A stretch of 64,000 nucleotides of DNA from the human T2T-CHM13v2.0 reference genome, Homo sapiens, in assembly GCF_009914755.1 (NCBI RefSeq), contig NC_060942.1; one strand, 5' to 3'. Positions 1 to 12,070 of this stretch are shown in pieces (positions within the stretch are counted from its first letter, which is position 1; every line of letters begins with the position of its first letter). The position numbers and the translations under genes are program-made. The notes below the pieces were generated by a model that saw only the letters and a program-made list of their open reading frames with translations, made no database searches and had not been told where the DNA came from.

Positions 1-683
1 CTTGGTGAGCAAAGTGTTCCCTACAAGCTAGCACTTTCATTGAGGCTTCCACATGTCATTTCTTTTTTCTATAAAGCCAGCTAATTTTATTTGATTCTCA
101 CTTAAAGCCAGTGATTCTTTGGAATATCATCCCAACTACTTACTTCTTTTGCTGTACAATGATTTCCTGGTCATAAGCGATGCTGTTAGCATAAAATGAT
201 GGTGTAGTAGTTAAACAATAAGGCTACAACTAGTATGGCTTGCTAAATGATAAAATCCAAAACAGAATCAATTTATCTTCTAGTGATGACAGGTTGTTTC
301 CCTCGAAGGTGGAAGGTATTGAAGGCGTGAGCCTGTCCTCAGGCATCTGGTTGTTCTTAGATAAGAGGTTCAAATTTGTTGCCTGCTGCTGTGCATTAGG
401 TTCTCACCTGGGTGGTAGACAAATCAGTTTATATGAACTAAATCCTACCAACATATTTTTATGCATTTCTTGGTAGTCTTTCAATTAACTTCATATCTGC
501 TTAAGCTAGCTGATATAAGTCTCTTGGTATACTATCAATACCTCTGAATATTTCAGGCATTTGGTTCACAGAATAAAGACTTCTCTTGCCATCCATGGAG
601 GGAGGTGGGACCTTGCTTTCTAACAATTTCCAGGCGATGATGAACTCTCTCAAAAAGTTAGGATGTTTATATGGTCAGAAATT

Positions 684-1169
684 ATACTGGTTTCTCATAG
701 CTGCTATAACAAATTTAATGCCTTAAAATAACACAAATGTATTCTCCCACAGTTCTGTGGGTCAGAAGAGTGTGAAATCAGTTTCACTGGGAAGGTGTTA
801 GTAGGCTTGTCCCTTTTGGAACCTCTGAGGGGAGATTCCAGTTTGTGCCTTTTCAATTTTCTAGCATCTGCTGGCTTTCCTTGGCTTGTGCCCCCTTCCT
901 CCATCTTCAAAGTGCATCACTCAGATCTGCTTCTATTGTCACATAGCTTTCTTTCTCTCTGTAGTCAGGTTATCTTCCTCAACCTCCCTCTTATGAGGCC
1001 ATTTGTGATTGCATTTAGGGCCCATTTGGATAATTCAGGATAACATCTCAAATTCAAGATGCTTAATTCAATCACATATGCAAAGTTATTTTTGTCGTAT
1101 AAGATAACATCCAAAGGCTCCAGGGATGAAGACTTAGGTATCTTTGGGATTATTATTCACCCTGCCCCA
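684..1169 (-). mobile_element. MaLR solo LTR, MLT1C/MLT1D-like
   Basis: Typical MLT1 blocks in reverse: gctgctataacaaat, ctcccacagttctg, gggcccatttggataattcaggataacatctc, aatcacatatgcaaag. Confidence 0.85.
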
Positions 1170-1364
1170 GGAACAGATTCTACCATATGGGAAAATGAAA
1201 CACAGAACAAAACAAAAACACTTCAAGCAGTAAAAAAAAAAATCCCACCTCTAATGGAAACTTTGAATGGTTTACTTGAGTCACATGTCCTTCTCTGAAT
1301 CTAAGAGTCGGTTGAGAATAATCCCATCCAATTGACATAGAATTGATTTCCCAAGGAAATGGCT

Positions 1365-1587
1365 AATATTTACAAAGCATTTAATAAATGCTTGACACTG
1401 TGTTAAGCACTTTGCTTAGGTTATCTTTTGTAGTTCTCCCAATTATCCTACAAATAAAGAACAATAATTACCTACGTTTCACAAATGAGAAAAGTGAGGC
1501 ACAGGGAGGTACATAACTGGTACCAAAGTTGCAGAGAAGTGGGATATGAATCCAGACATTTTAATTTCAAAGCCCACATGTTTAACC
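1365..1587 (-). mobile_element. MIR SINE
   Basis: Core tttcacaaatgagaaaagtgaggcacagggaggt ... gggatatgaatccagac. Confidence 0.8.
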
Positions 1588-1652
1588 GTTAAGGGAAAAA
1601 TGAGAGGCAAATAAAAAGGTCTCCACTACCAGCTGTGAGTATACTGTGAGTG

Positions 1653-2082
1653 TGTTGTCGCTGACTGGATTCTCCTTAAGCAGGGACCGAGATGGAGTTT
1701 GGGGTGTAAGATGGCTGTCACATCTGCAAAAGGTAAGAAAGAGAAGGGAACAGAATTGGGCAGAAGGAGAAGTCAAACTTTGACACAGATTTGACAAAAC
1801 TTGGTCAACTAGATTAGCTCTGGAGCAAATTTTGCCCATCGGAGTGTCTTCCATTGTTTTTCTCCTATAACAAGGCCTTTATATGGTCACTTTGCTCAGT
1901 CACTGTGGTGGGTTGTTGTGGGAAAGACATAACCTCAGGCAAGGTGGTTCTTAGGAGTTGAGGCAAATCCTAAAGGAGCCAACAGCTCGAGGCTGTCTGC
2001 TGATCTCAGTTATTGCAGCTGGACAGAAAGTCCTTCCTCAGAGGGAGATCTGGGATTGGAGTACATCTCTGTGCTTACCACA
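1653..2082 (-). mobile_element. ERVL solo LTR, LTR16 family
   Basis: agaattgggcagaaggagaagtc, tgaggcaaatcctaaaggagccaacagct, gggagatctggg; TG...CA ends. Related copies lie at 8725 and 52151. Confidence 0.75.
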
Positions 2083-2095
2083 CCTATCATTTAGA

Positions 2096-2272
2096 CTAGT
2101 TTTCAACCTTGACCACACATTACAATCACGTGGGGAGTGTCTGAAAAAATAACAGTACCAGGGTCTTACCCTAGCCTCATTAAATCTAAATCATTAGAGT
2201 AAATCACAACATGAGCATTTTAATAGAATCTTCAAGGTGATTCCAATATGTGACCAGGACTGAGAATCATCG
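2096..2272. mobile_element. MER5-like hAT MITE
   Basis: ttttcaaccttgaccacacattacaatcacgtggggag ... aggtgattccaatatgtgaccaggactgagaatca. Confidence 0.75.
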
Positions 2273-4519
2273 ATTGAGGGCAAACCTAAGGAAGTAGGTA
2301 AATTTTTGGAACACCCAAAAATAAGGGCAAATATTTTCATTGCTTCAAAAACCACTTGAGTTTTTGCGAAATTCATTTGTGATAAGGTATTTATAAACAA
2401 ATATTTCAACTCATTTTTCTACAACTTGTTTTCATGTTTAGAAGTATAAATACAAAGGCACATACACTCACTCACAAAAAACACATAACTTCATGTAATT
2501 TTTACTGAAATATTTCAGAATCCCCCAGGCCTGCTCATATGGTGTTGAGAGAAGACAGTTTGTATCCTTTTGGTCTTTAAATAGCTCTCTAAAAACCTTA
2601 AGTTCTTTAGCACCATGGAAGCTCAGATGGATGCATTTCCAATTATCTATTTATAAATGAAATTCTGACCTCGCTGCTGGAAAGGTCATGCCAAGTGTGA
2701 TCTCTCAGCCATATGGCTGAGAAAATGAAGTGGTAAGTTTATTCTTCTGAGGTATATGTTAATGCCTCAGCTAATTAGTCTTTTCCAAATTTGTGTCACT
2801 GCTATTAGAAGATATGAGACAGAGAAAACCTGTGGTATTTAGTTAATAATATACCAACTTACTTTGGAATGAAGCCAGGCAGGTAAACTGGTAATTTTAA
2901 TTAACAGACATGTGAGTAAAATCCTCTAATTCTGAATTACAAAATTACAAATTAATCTTTGTTGTTTCCACCTGAGATGGAATACTTTTATAATGAAGAT
3001 TTAATGTGTGTATGATTGTAATAGTTATTTTAATAAAAATTCCTCATTGTATTTTATAGCTGTGCCTGTCTCTGCCCCTTTACTCCCTGTTTCTCATACT
3101 CAAGACCACTTTCATCCTCCAGACATAGATTTAGTCCTAACTAGAGTTTGAAAGCTGTTCTGACTGAGAGACCAAGGTGACTATGAAATATCTAGAACCA
3201 GTGTATTTCTGGTTTAGCATCGTTACTGTCGTGCCGATCTTGCTAATAAGATGCCTCCTCTCCTTGAACCCTTAGTTTTGCCTCCATTGCCCAATACCAG
3301 ACCTCTGACATACAAAAGCTCATCTGAATTTACTGACTGTCTGACACTTGAATCTTTGTAATCATCAATCCATATTCTGTTTGAAGTAAGAATATTGAAT
3401 CTTTGTATTTGCACTGATTTTTGGCAAATAGAATATTTTGTCTTCTTTTTTTTCTAACAAATGAATATTTTGGGTTTGATGATATTTCTTCAGACTCTTG
3501 TTTGTGAGTGCTTACCCATGTCCTGGATCCCACTTTCTGGCACTTAGCCTTTGACCACTTAGTAGGTCTCTTGTAAATCCAACTCATTGTAAAAAGTATG
3601 ATGTACTTTCCAAATTGTTAACATTGATTATCTTAACACAACCGCAAACTTTAAACATCATTCTCTCCTGGCTTATAATTTTATTTAGATCTTTTATATA
3701 GTAGCAGATTTTAAATTTCAAATTTAGTACTTCAAAAAATATTAATATACATAGAATAATTAAGACAATTTATAGCAATCAGAATGATAGCCAATGAATG
3801 CAAAGAGTTGAAAAAAAAGCTCTGGGTCATTATATTCAACAGTAGAATGTGAATTGTTAATGGACTGCTACTGTTATATCATCAAGTATGGAACAGGATT
3901 CATTTACCACCTATGACTAATAGCTGGTAAAATATCTATGATTTCCATGAATCAAGCATCTTTCAAAGTTCTGTGCTTATTTTGGTGTTCTTAAATGAAA
4001 GAGGATTATGTCTACATCTCTTTTTCATACTGGGGTAGTGTTATGCTTCCTGCCAAAAAATGTCACACAAATCATATTTTCCATAAAATACTAGCACATC
4101 TCTTTTGGTTAAAAAATAAAAAAAAGACTTTAATACTTTGTGTAGGAAGCATTCTGTAGCCTAAATGTTGAAATGACTTATAAAAAAAAGGAAGAGTTAA
4201 AATAGAAATGAAAATACTTATAGAAAAGTATTGGGAAACAAACTTTGCATGAATAGTGTAAATAAGGCATTAACTTTTCTGACACTTGGTTCTGCCCCTT
4301 CTCTTTAAGGGTTGCCTGTCCATTGATCTTTAAGTCCATCAGTGACATGATGTCAAACCAACATCTCTTAAGTATTTATATTCTTGCCCTCTGTTATTCA
4401 AAGTTTTAAGAGAACTAAAATCTTTGTATGAAAACAAATGTATGTGTAGATATATGGAAGTATATTGTATATCTGTCTTACTTATCTTTATACCTATCCA
4501 TCTACATGTTCGATGGACA

Positions 4520-5064
4520 CTAGTCACAGACCATCAGGAACAAACACATCTGTTGTTGAACAAAGTTCTGTTTATTGGTGTTTCTTGCAATAGGTGAGAC
4601 CACACAACATGGAAAATGGTAAGGGAATGTTGGGAGGATGAGGGTTAGGGTTAGACGTGTGTCAGACTTTTGGGAGGCATCTAGGGAAGCTTTGGATTGG
4701 GTGTTTCCAGAAAGTGAGCACAATTCTGTGATTTGGTATCTTAAGTTTTATCTGAGATGCAGGAGGAATGGAGAGAAGCTAAAACTCTGGTGAGGAAATA
4801 GAAGTCATTAATGTTAGTTGTGAGAGGGTCATATTGATCATTTTTGTGTTTTTTAATATGTGTTTATTTTATATTATCTGTGTTCAGTTATGATTATGAA
4901 GGGGTCTTTTTTTTTGTCTTGTTCCACCATGGTCACAGAGAGCCTTTTCCGATACTGGTATTCTGTGAAATCATTTATGTTCAATAAGAGAATCCATAGC
5001 CTAGCGGTAAGTGCTAGGCCAACTCCCAGCTCCTGGCCGTTGGGGCTTCTACTTCCTTTCCCTC
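4520..5064 (-). mobile_element. Ancient LTR (LTR78/LTR79-like; family uncertain)
   Basis: Reverse polyA signal context (aagttctgtttattggtg) and LTR-like length and composition. Confidence 0.45.
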
Positions 5065-5739
5065 TGTATATATGTATATGTAATCATATTTAGGATCAAT
5101 TCTTGTATTATTTTCATGCTTTATTTGCATTTGTGCTACGACTATATTGGCATCATGTAGGACTACTTTAAATGTTATGAGGACATAAAAAAAGAGAAAT
5201 TAGGTTAATATGTATAGAATGTAATAGCATCAATGATTGCCAAATGATGTCTCTGTGTGCCCTATGATCAAGGGTGCCCAGGTTGTTTTGGTATAGAAGA
5301 ATAACAGAAGCATTGAGTTTTCACAAGGCATATGGTAATACATAGACAGGACAAATTCAGAAGGACCTGTGCTCTAAATTTTTACACTTTGAGCAGTGTT
5401 TTACTAGATCATGCGACACCATTTCTTACATTGCACTTGTATACTTGATAGAAATTTTACTAGTTTTGTAGTTTTCTTTTTGTTTAATTTATAAAAGTTT
5501 AATTTAATAATTGTATATAAATTATAACAGGTAGTGCCCAAACTAGTCTTATAATGTACATACATGAATTGCATTAAAATAATAAGAATCTTGTGACCAT
5601 GAGATCTTTTCTCTCTTAAATATTTCTGAATACAATTTTGATTAAACCACCAGATGCTGTGCCTTCACCTCAGTGCAATGTTGCTTTTTATTTTATGCAT
5701 TTTCTCATTTCTTTAATCCTTTATGAATGGTCTTCCTTT

Positions 5740-6000
5740 TTTCTCTATCTCTTGAAATCTTTCACATCCTTCAAGATCCATCTCAAATGTCACCTTCCTT
5801 TTCTATTCAATGTAGTGGAATTTTACCCCTTTCTTCTCTATGCTCTTAAGGAACTGTCCATATACTCCATTGATCTCTCTTTATGTGGGTAGCAGTCTGC
5901 TAACTGATAAGCTCTTTGAGGGCAGGGAGCTCCATATTAGTCATTACCTTCCCCATATTATTTTACATAAGCTTTGACATGTAGAATTCACTAAATGAAC
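5740..6000 (+). mobile_element. L2 3' fragment
   Basis: tccttcaagatccatctcaaatgtcaccttcc ... taagctctttgagggcaggga. Confidence 0.7.
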
Positions 6001-6179
6001 ATTATTTTGCATAAAATTAACATGATTAAATATTTGGAAATTACTAGGATTTCACTGAAAGTTACAGATATCAGAGTACTAATTTTGAAATGAAAAAGTC
6101 AAAGTGATTTAATAAATGAAAATTAAAGTAAATGAAAAAATGTGCTCTTTATTTGCCATGATAGAAATAATTATTGTTA

Positions 6180-6400
6180 TTATAGCAAACACTTATTGCA
6201 TGCTATGTATCAGCATTCTGTAAGTACTTAATGTGTAAGAAGTCTTTTAACTTCTACATTAACTCTGTGAGGTAGGCGTCATCAGTATCTCTGTTTTACA
6301 GATGAGAAAACTGAGCACAGTGTGAATAATGACCTCACCCAGGGTCACATACTTACTAAGTCATGGAGCCAGTTTCCAAACCTACTTTTGGCTCCACAAT
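6180..6400 (-). mobile_element. MIR SINE
   Basis: aactctgtgaggtagg ... ttttacagatgagaaaactgag ... cccagggtcacata. Confidence 0.8.
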
Positions 6401-8121
6401 CAATGGCATAATTAAAGAAACTAAATAAATTGTAAAAATGCAAATTCTATTTAGACATAAAATTTACTTTCAAACATCAAAGTTAGAAATGATTTTGAGT
6501 ATCCATCATGGACTTTCGATAGGAGATCTGGAAGTAGATGACCAGGAAGTTCTCATTCAGTTCTACATTTTTAAGATTATCTGTGTTTCGTAGTTTCCTT
6601 AAAATGAAGGCACTGAATGTTTCTACATATTTCCTACTTGACTATTGCAGAAAAATAATTTTCACATTCAATTGAAATGAATATGCAAAGATGTTCCTAT
6701 GAAGGAAATTTGAAAGCCCAAAATGCTTATTGCTGTCACACTGTTAAGAGGTCATTATTAGTCCCTATCAGCTCATAAACAAGTTCCTGTTGATGGAATT
6801 TTATAACACCGTCTATTTCTATTTCTAGTTATGTGGAAATCTTGTCTATTCACAGTAAAAATCTAAAGCTTTAATATTGGCAGCAAATATACTGGAACAG
6901 AAATTTTGCACTGTTTTTCCCCCGTAGATTCAATATAGATGAATAACATTTAAAAGGCTAGAATTATACTAGACATTTCAATTATTAAATGACAAAAATG
7001 TTCCCAGGAAGACTGTAAAGACTTTATTCATATCTGACCTGTGATCCAATTTTGCTCATTTTAAAAAATAATTTGTTTCCATGTTATGTTCAATAAATTG
7101 CAGATGACTCATATTCATAAAAATAAGCTTATTTGCCATGTAATAGGGAATCTGGCCAGAACATATTTGAGGTGCCCAAATCAAGAGCAAATGAAGCTTG
7201 TGGAATGCCCCTCTTCTGCACCAAATCATATGTGAATGCATAAATTCACTTGCGAATAAAAAACAGATGCTGTTAAAGAAAGTTTAAGTTCCTGGGGACA
7301 CATTAATAACTGGCTCATGGACACACAAAGCAAAGCAAAGTACAGAGATAATTTAAAGGACCAACACACAGGAGTGATTTTCCCAGAAAACTGGCCAATC
7401 GCAATTTACATAGTAAAGCTCTTAGAACTAAATACTCCTAGGAGGCCTCTAAATGGCATTCAAATCTGGTGTCCACAATAAGCACTGAAATAGAATATTA
7501 GTTTTCAGTTGTTATGAAAGCTTAAGGTTTGACTTTGTTGTTTATTCTTTTCACCATAGTTTTGTATCTAAGTTTGGAATCATCACATATATTTAAAAGT
7601 ATACTCTAAATTTTAAATAATTTTCCTTGAATGAACATTTTGGGCAAAGAAAAAAGAGACCTAGTGAAGTGATTTGCCCAATGCTACTTGAATTCAAGCC
7701 TCCTGATTTTCTGGATCCTGCTAGTGCCACCACATTCTATATATGCCATAAGATTTATGGAAAAAAATGAAATCTCATTGAAGTACAGTAATTTGAGTTT
7801 AAATTGAGAGAGTGGTTTCAGTTTAGGATAAAAGACTGGGTGCTTTTTCACGTCTAATCCATTTGTAGAGCTCACTGATATAAAAATATAGAAATATAAG
7901 CTAAATACAATGAATAGTATAGGAAGAGGTCACCATCAGGAAATGGAATATTTCAACATGTTTCTGGAAATTACAAAGAACATGGGAGAGTGTTACTGGA
8001 GAAAACACATCAGAGGACACCAGCTCCTAGAATATTCTAGAAGGGTCTCCAGTAGCAGGGAGAAACATGGAAAAACTTTAGGAAATAATCGTGGTATAGA
8101 AAGAGATAAAAATTTGAGTTT

Positions 8122-8335
8122 ACCAGGCTGGCCAACATGGCAAAACCATGTTTCTACCAAAAATACACACATAGACAAAATTAGCTGGGTGTGGTGATAT
8201 GCACCTGTGGACCCAGCTACTCAGGAGGCTGAGGTGAAAGGAGGCCGAGGCTGCAGTGAGCTGTGATCACGCTACTGTACTCTAGCCTGGGCAACAAAAT
8301 GAGACTCTGCTTCAAAAAAATAAAGAAATAAAAAA
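8122..8335 (+). mobile_element. 5'-truncated AluJ-like SINE
   Basis: ttagctgggtgtggtg...cccagctactcaggaggctgagg...gaggctgcagtgagctgtgatc...A-tail. Confidence 0.9.
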
Positions 8336-8560
8336 GTTGAAAAACAATTGACTTTCTTTATATGGAAATATTGATTGATTCTTCTATCTCCCAGGGATAT
8401 ACTACCAAGCATATCACAAACAAACAATAACACATTATCTAAAAATAATTTGGAGGAGAGTTAAGACCTTTATAGTAGTTATTGTGCTCAAAAGCAGAGC
8501 CCTACTTTTTCTGGCATGCCAGGGTTTACACATCTAAAAGTAGTCTCCGAGCCCACTTAC

Positions 8561-8701
8561 CCTAAGCTGAAGCCAGCCGGCGACATTCCCCACAAATCTC
8601 CCGGAAATGTTTCCCATTCGGGGTAGACAATTATAGACATGCCTACTCTTTTATGTAATGGCAGCGTGAGCTCGTACTGACTCCCAATTTTAATTCTTAA
8701 A
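8561..8701 (-). pseudogene. Candidate exon of an unidentified minus-strand (pseudo)gene or lncRNA
   Basis: Acceptor ctcatag, then 141 nt fully open (LRIKIGSQYELTLPLHKRVGMSIIVYPEWETFPGDLWGMSPAGFSL), then consensus donor AGG|GTAAGT; 7 CpGs in ~130 bp. No homolog recognised. Confidence 0.35.
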
Positions 8702-8724
8702 CTATGAGTGAACCAACAATCACA

Positions 8725-9157
8725 TGTTGGAGGTTGGATTTCTCCTGAATCCAACTCTGAGACAGAGTATTGTGCAGGAAGCTTATGAGGGAGTGCTCTT
8801 GAGATCAACACCTGTAGGGTAAGAAAAGGAAAGCAAAGTTTGGTACAGGGTGAAGTTAGGCTGTGATATAAGGACACTGCTGACCCTGCAGGGAACTCTG
8901 AGGCCGGGATGACACTTTGAAACTTTCAGGGCAAGGACTCTGGAGGCTTTATGTTCCATTGTTGACCAAACATAGGATGTGAGCTGCCCTGGGAAAAACA
9001 CATAACCTTTGGCCAGGTGGAACCCCCTCGCTGAAGCAGTCTAACCAGTGAGACAACTGAGTGAGTGTTCAGGTGACAACCATCACAGCAGCTGGGGGAA
9101 TAAATCCTTCAGTCCTGAAATGGACTGGTGGCATCCCACAGTACATCCCAAACCACA
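8725..9157 (-). mobile_element. ERVL solo LTR, LTR16 family
   Basis: gggagtgctcttgagatcaacacctgt, cagcagctgggggaataaatccttcagtcctgaa; TG...CA ends. Confidence 0.8.
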
Positions 9158-9851
9158 GATGTATCAAGAAAAATCAATATGAAAGAGAAAAACTTTAAAA
9201 TAAAATGAAACCTACCTTAAGAGAAAAAGAATTTTAGAAAGAGAAGACATTTTATAAAAGCTTCAATTAGAACAAGAAAGAGTTGTTATAAATTAAAAAT
9301 AATGCTAAATAAATTTAAAGTTCAATTGAAAATATAGAATATAAGCAAATTTTTAAGACTGTAGGGCAAAAACCAAGAAGTCAAAAATAGATTAAGAGGT
9401 GAGTGGTCACTACAACATCTAACTCAAAGGAGTACAGGAAGAGAGAACACAGAAAAATGCAAAAAAAAAAAAAAAAAAATCAGGGAAGTAATAGATTTCC
9501 TTCAGAGGAGTATCAATTCTTCATCCTGAAGGGGCTCTTGATTCAATTAATAGTCTCTTTAGGGTGGTTCAGGGAGTGGGATCTTGGACCCATGGAGAAA
9601 GACATAAAATTCTAGAACACTAAATGTATAATTGTTATTAATAATGTAAACTGTTTATTGGACTTTACATAGTCAATTTAGGACTAAGGACAAAAAATTT
9701 AATTAAAATTTTAGAATGGGAAGTAAATGTTAAAACCCTTGATAATGTAAAAGTTAGAACATAATTGCCTGAGGCTAGATTTGATTTGAAAGCGGCTTAA
9801 GAAAGGACAGAGAGATTAGTTTCATCTCACATTATTTTAAGGAGATGGAAA

Positions 9852-10997
9852 TGTTGGGTTTATGATTAGATTTTACCCTACTTACAAGTGAAGTTAGCTT
9901 GTTACTGTTTCACAGATGCTGGCAGAAGACCCAAGACTCCTGGATCAGAGACAAAAGATTTATTACTCACAGCACAGCAAACAGTGTGAGTATTATGTTT
10001 GGGACAGTTTTCCTTTCCCTCAAAGTGACATGTGGATGAATGTATTAGTCAGGGTTCTACAGAAGGACAGATGGATGATGATCCCTTTTCATACATCTCT
10101 CTTCCACAAGAGAGAGAGATGTATGAAAAAGGATTTTATTAGGGGTGTTGGCTTAATTGATTATGGAGACTGTTAAGTCCCATAATAGGCCATCTGCAAG
10201 CTGGAAAATCAGGAAAGCCATTGCATGGCTCAGTTCAAGTCTGAAAGCCTCAGAACCAAGGAAGACCATGGAATGTATTCCTCAGCCTGAGGCCAAAGTC
10301 CTGAAAGTCCCAGGAATGGGTTGTGTGAGTTCTGGAGTCAAAACCCACAGAGTCTAGAATTCTGAATTCAAGGGAAAGAGAAAAAGGCTGTTCTGGATCA
10401 AGAAAAAGGTGATCTGGCTCCAGAAAAGACATGGTGAGAATTCATCCTTCCTGCACCTTTTTGTTCCATCTAGACCTCCAGTCTATTGGATGGGGCCTGC
10501 CCACATAGATGGTGGATCTTCCCCACTCAGTCCGTGATTCATACGCCGATCTCTTCTGGAAACACCCTCACAGAAACACCTGGGAAAGCCTAATTATTCA
10601 AATTTAAAGTAAAACCACCTAGGTTTCCCTGTCAGTAGAAGAGGGATGGGCTTGGTGCCTACTGATGCAATGAGAATAAACAATACCAGTTATCTGATGA
10701 TTTCTTAATCCAGTCAAGTTGACACCAAAAATCAACCATCACAATGGATCTGGCATGATGATGCATACACAGTGAGATTGCATCATCAGTGAGGAATACT
10801 GAGCTTGGTGATTCCACATCTTTCATAGCAGGTATTAAGCAAGGCTGCTCTTTGCCCCAAAAGGAGACATCACCTCACTGTCAAGTTCGCTCCCTGTAAG
10901 TACAATCCTAGTAAACAGCGGTCAGGACTTTGCCTGCTGGGTAAACAGAATAGGATGTGTAGCATGAGAAACCTATGGAAGACTTTTTCTCCCAACA
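9852..10997 (-). mobile_element. ERVL LTR (LTR40-like) split by an MLT2 insertion
   Basis: gattttaccctacttacaag, gatgctggcagaagacccaagactcctggatcagagacaaa on the left; resumes at 10744 and ends tctcccaaca. Confidence 0.65.
10041..10743 (-). mobile_element. MLT2 (ERVL) solo LTR
   Basis: Starts tgtattagtcagggttct, ends ccagtcaagttgacaccaaaaatcaaccatcaca; near-perfect 5-bp TSD atgaa/atgga. Confidence 0.9.
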
Positions 10998-11369
10998 GGG
11001 AGTCAAGATACTAACTGAAGTTAAAGAAACGAGAAATAGAATATAGGCCTATCAGTTAAAGTTCCAAAGGTCATTAGTAAAAGAACTAAAAATAGTATGT
11101 AACTCTGAAACAGTGCGAGGAGAAATGCATATATAATAAATCCCTTTCTAATACTTCATGATTAGAAATTAATAAATGTAGTATAAAGTTAACACATCTG
11201 ATAAAAGCAATAAAAGTATATTATTGAGAGAAGTGGAGGTAGCCACCTAAATAACTAAAACCATAAACATTTAAAACAGATTGACTTCAGAGTGAGATTA
11301 AAGATGTGAGAGAGGGTGGTTTTCATTTCACTTTATGAAAGCTCCTAACGCATTCATCCACATATCTAT

Positions 11370-11472
11370 AGGTGTGTATGTATGTATACTTTATACATAT
11401 ACAAGTATGTGTATATATACACATACATACGTGTGTATATATATGTTTATATATATATATATACACACACAC
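11370..11472. repeat. (TA)n/(TG)n/(CA)n low-complexity tract
   Basis: Direct reading of the sequence. Confidence 0.9.
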
Positions 11473-11649
11473 ATTGAATATGTTACAGGATGTTTCTGGT
11501 ATTGCTTTCCATAATTAACTTGAAATTATATCAAGCCTAATGTTCAAGAAAACATATGTGTGTGTGTGTGCATATATATGTGTATATATATGCTTATGCA
11601 TATATATTATGTGAATGTTAAGCAAACGTATATATGTTTACGGATATAT

Positions 11650-11689
<40 letters not shown>

Positions 11690-11770
11690 GTTTTCTTGAA
11701 TGTTAAGCTTGATATACTTTTGAATTAATTATGGAAAGTAGTAACAGAAACATCCTGTAACATAATCAAT
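11473..11770. repeat. ~300 bp imperfect inverted repeat (fold-back)
   Basis: Left arm attgaatatgttacaggatgtttctg...tcaagaaaacatatgtgtg pairs with right arm cacacatatatatgttttcttga...cagaaacatcctgtaacataatcaat. Confidence 0.92.
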
Positions 11771-11927
11771 TACAGGAGATGACTAAACTTGTCAGCAACC
11801 AAAGTCAGAACATTCAAGATGTTAAAATTAAAAGAATAAAGTAGTAGTTTAGGAGAAAAAGTCAAATTTTATATTCAGTCAGCTGAGAATTCCTACTTTC
11901 ATTCAAATTAGGAGACAATTTAAAAAA

Positions 11928-12070
11928 GCAATTTAGCAAGCATTTCTTAAGTATTTATGTGTCAGACAGTGTTTTTGGTGACAGGAATACAAGATTAATC
12001 TTCCTTTGATGGAATTCCCAGGTTATTAGGAGAAGAAAGGCATATAAACCAGTAATGATAATACATCATG
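11928..12070 (-). mobile_element. L2 3' fragment
   Basis: atttagcaagcatttcttaagtatttatgtgtcagacagtgt. Confidence 0.6.

Noticed and set aside
4641-4654. agggttagggttag telomere-like repeat
   Set aside because: Only about two units, inside a probable LTR; expected by chance.
6468-6597. Another AG/GT-bounded minus-strand exon candidate
   Set aside because: Two stops in 43 codons is what chance predicts; not counted as evidence.
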